Assembly (NCBI GenBank): GCA_040954595.2
Contig: CM082594.2
Coordinates: 1,816,247 to 1,880,246 of the forward strand
Direction: 5' to 3'
Length of the DNA: 64,000 bases
Source of the DNA: Balanoglossus misakiensis
Lineage: Eukaryota; Animalia; Hemichordata
Part shown: positions 63,984 to 64,000 of the stretch, one piece after another
Position numbering within the stretch: position 1 is the stretch's first letter
How the letters are laid out: each line of letters opens with the position of its first letter
Translations under genes and position numbers: made by a program
Notes under the pieces: model-generated
What the model was told of the DNA's origin: nothing
What the model saw: the letters and a program-made list of their open reading frames with translations, nothing else
Databases searched by the model: none

Positions 63984-64000
63984 CTGATGTAGCCATGTGG

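Overview
This is eukaryotic, intron-containing, AT-rich animal DNA. A marine invertebrate deuterostome such as a hemichordate or echinoderm is my inference from the transposon repertoire. Most of the supplied ORFs are spurious. The window is dominated by mobile elements. (1) A ~7.8 kb near-tandem duplication (977-8799 / 9382-17149), each copy headed by a frameshifted Crypton-type (DUF3504-like) tyrosine recombinase; copy 1 abuts a 42-bp-periodic palindrome array. (2) Helentron/HINE-like and MITE elements. (3) An Ngaro-type DIRS retrotransposon (28246-32339) with split direct repeats, a SAM plus Zn-finger ORF1, RT/RNase H, a deleted recombinase and a -1 slippery site. (4) A 5.2 kb AcademX-like transposon with ~1.5 kb TIRs, plus several 9-10-bp-TSD AcademH-like MITEs. 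(5) A truncated Penelope-like element carrying a minimal hammerhead ribozyme. (6) A Kolobok-like remnant (P2X7-ballast/KolX-like ORF and truncated transposase) fused to the middle of an OATP/SLCO transporter pseudogene, whose last exon is interrupted by a BEL/Pao LTR element. (7) 3' exons of a minus-strand beta-rich extracellular protein gene. (8) A repeated motif at 62.4-64 kb with compensatory stem changes, a candidate structured RNA. No database searches were run; family calls rest on motif recognition.
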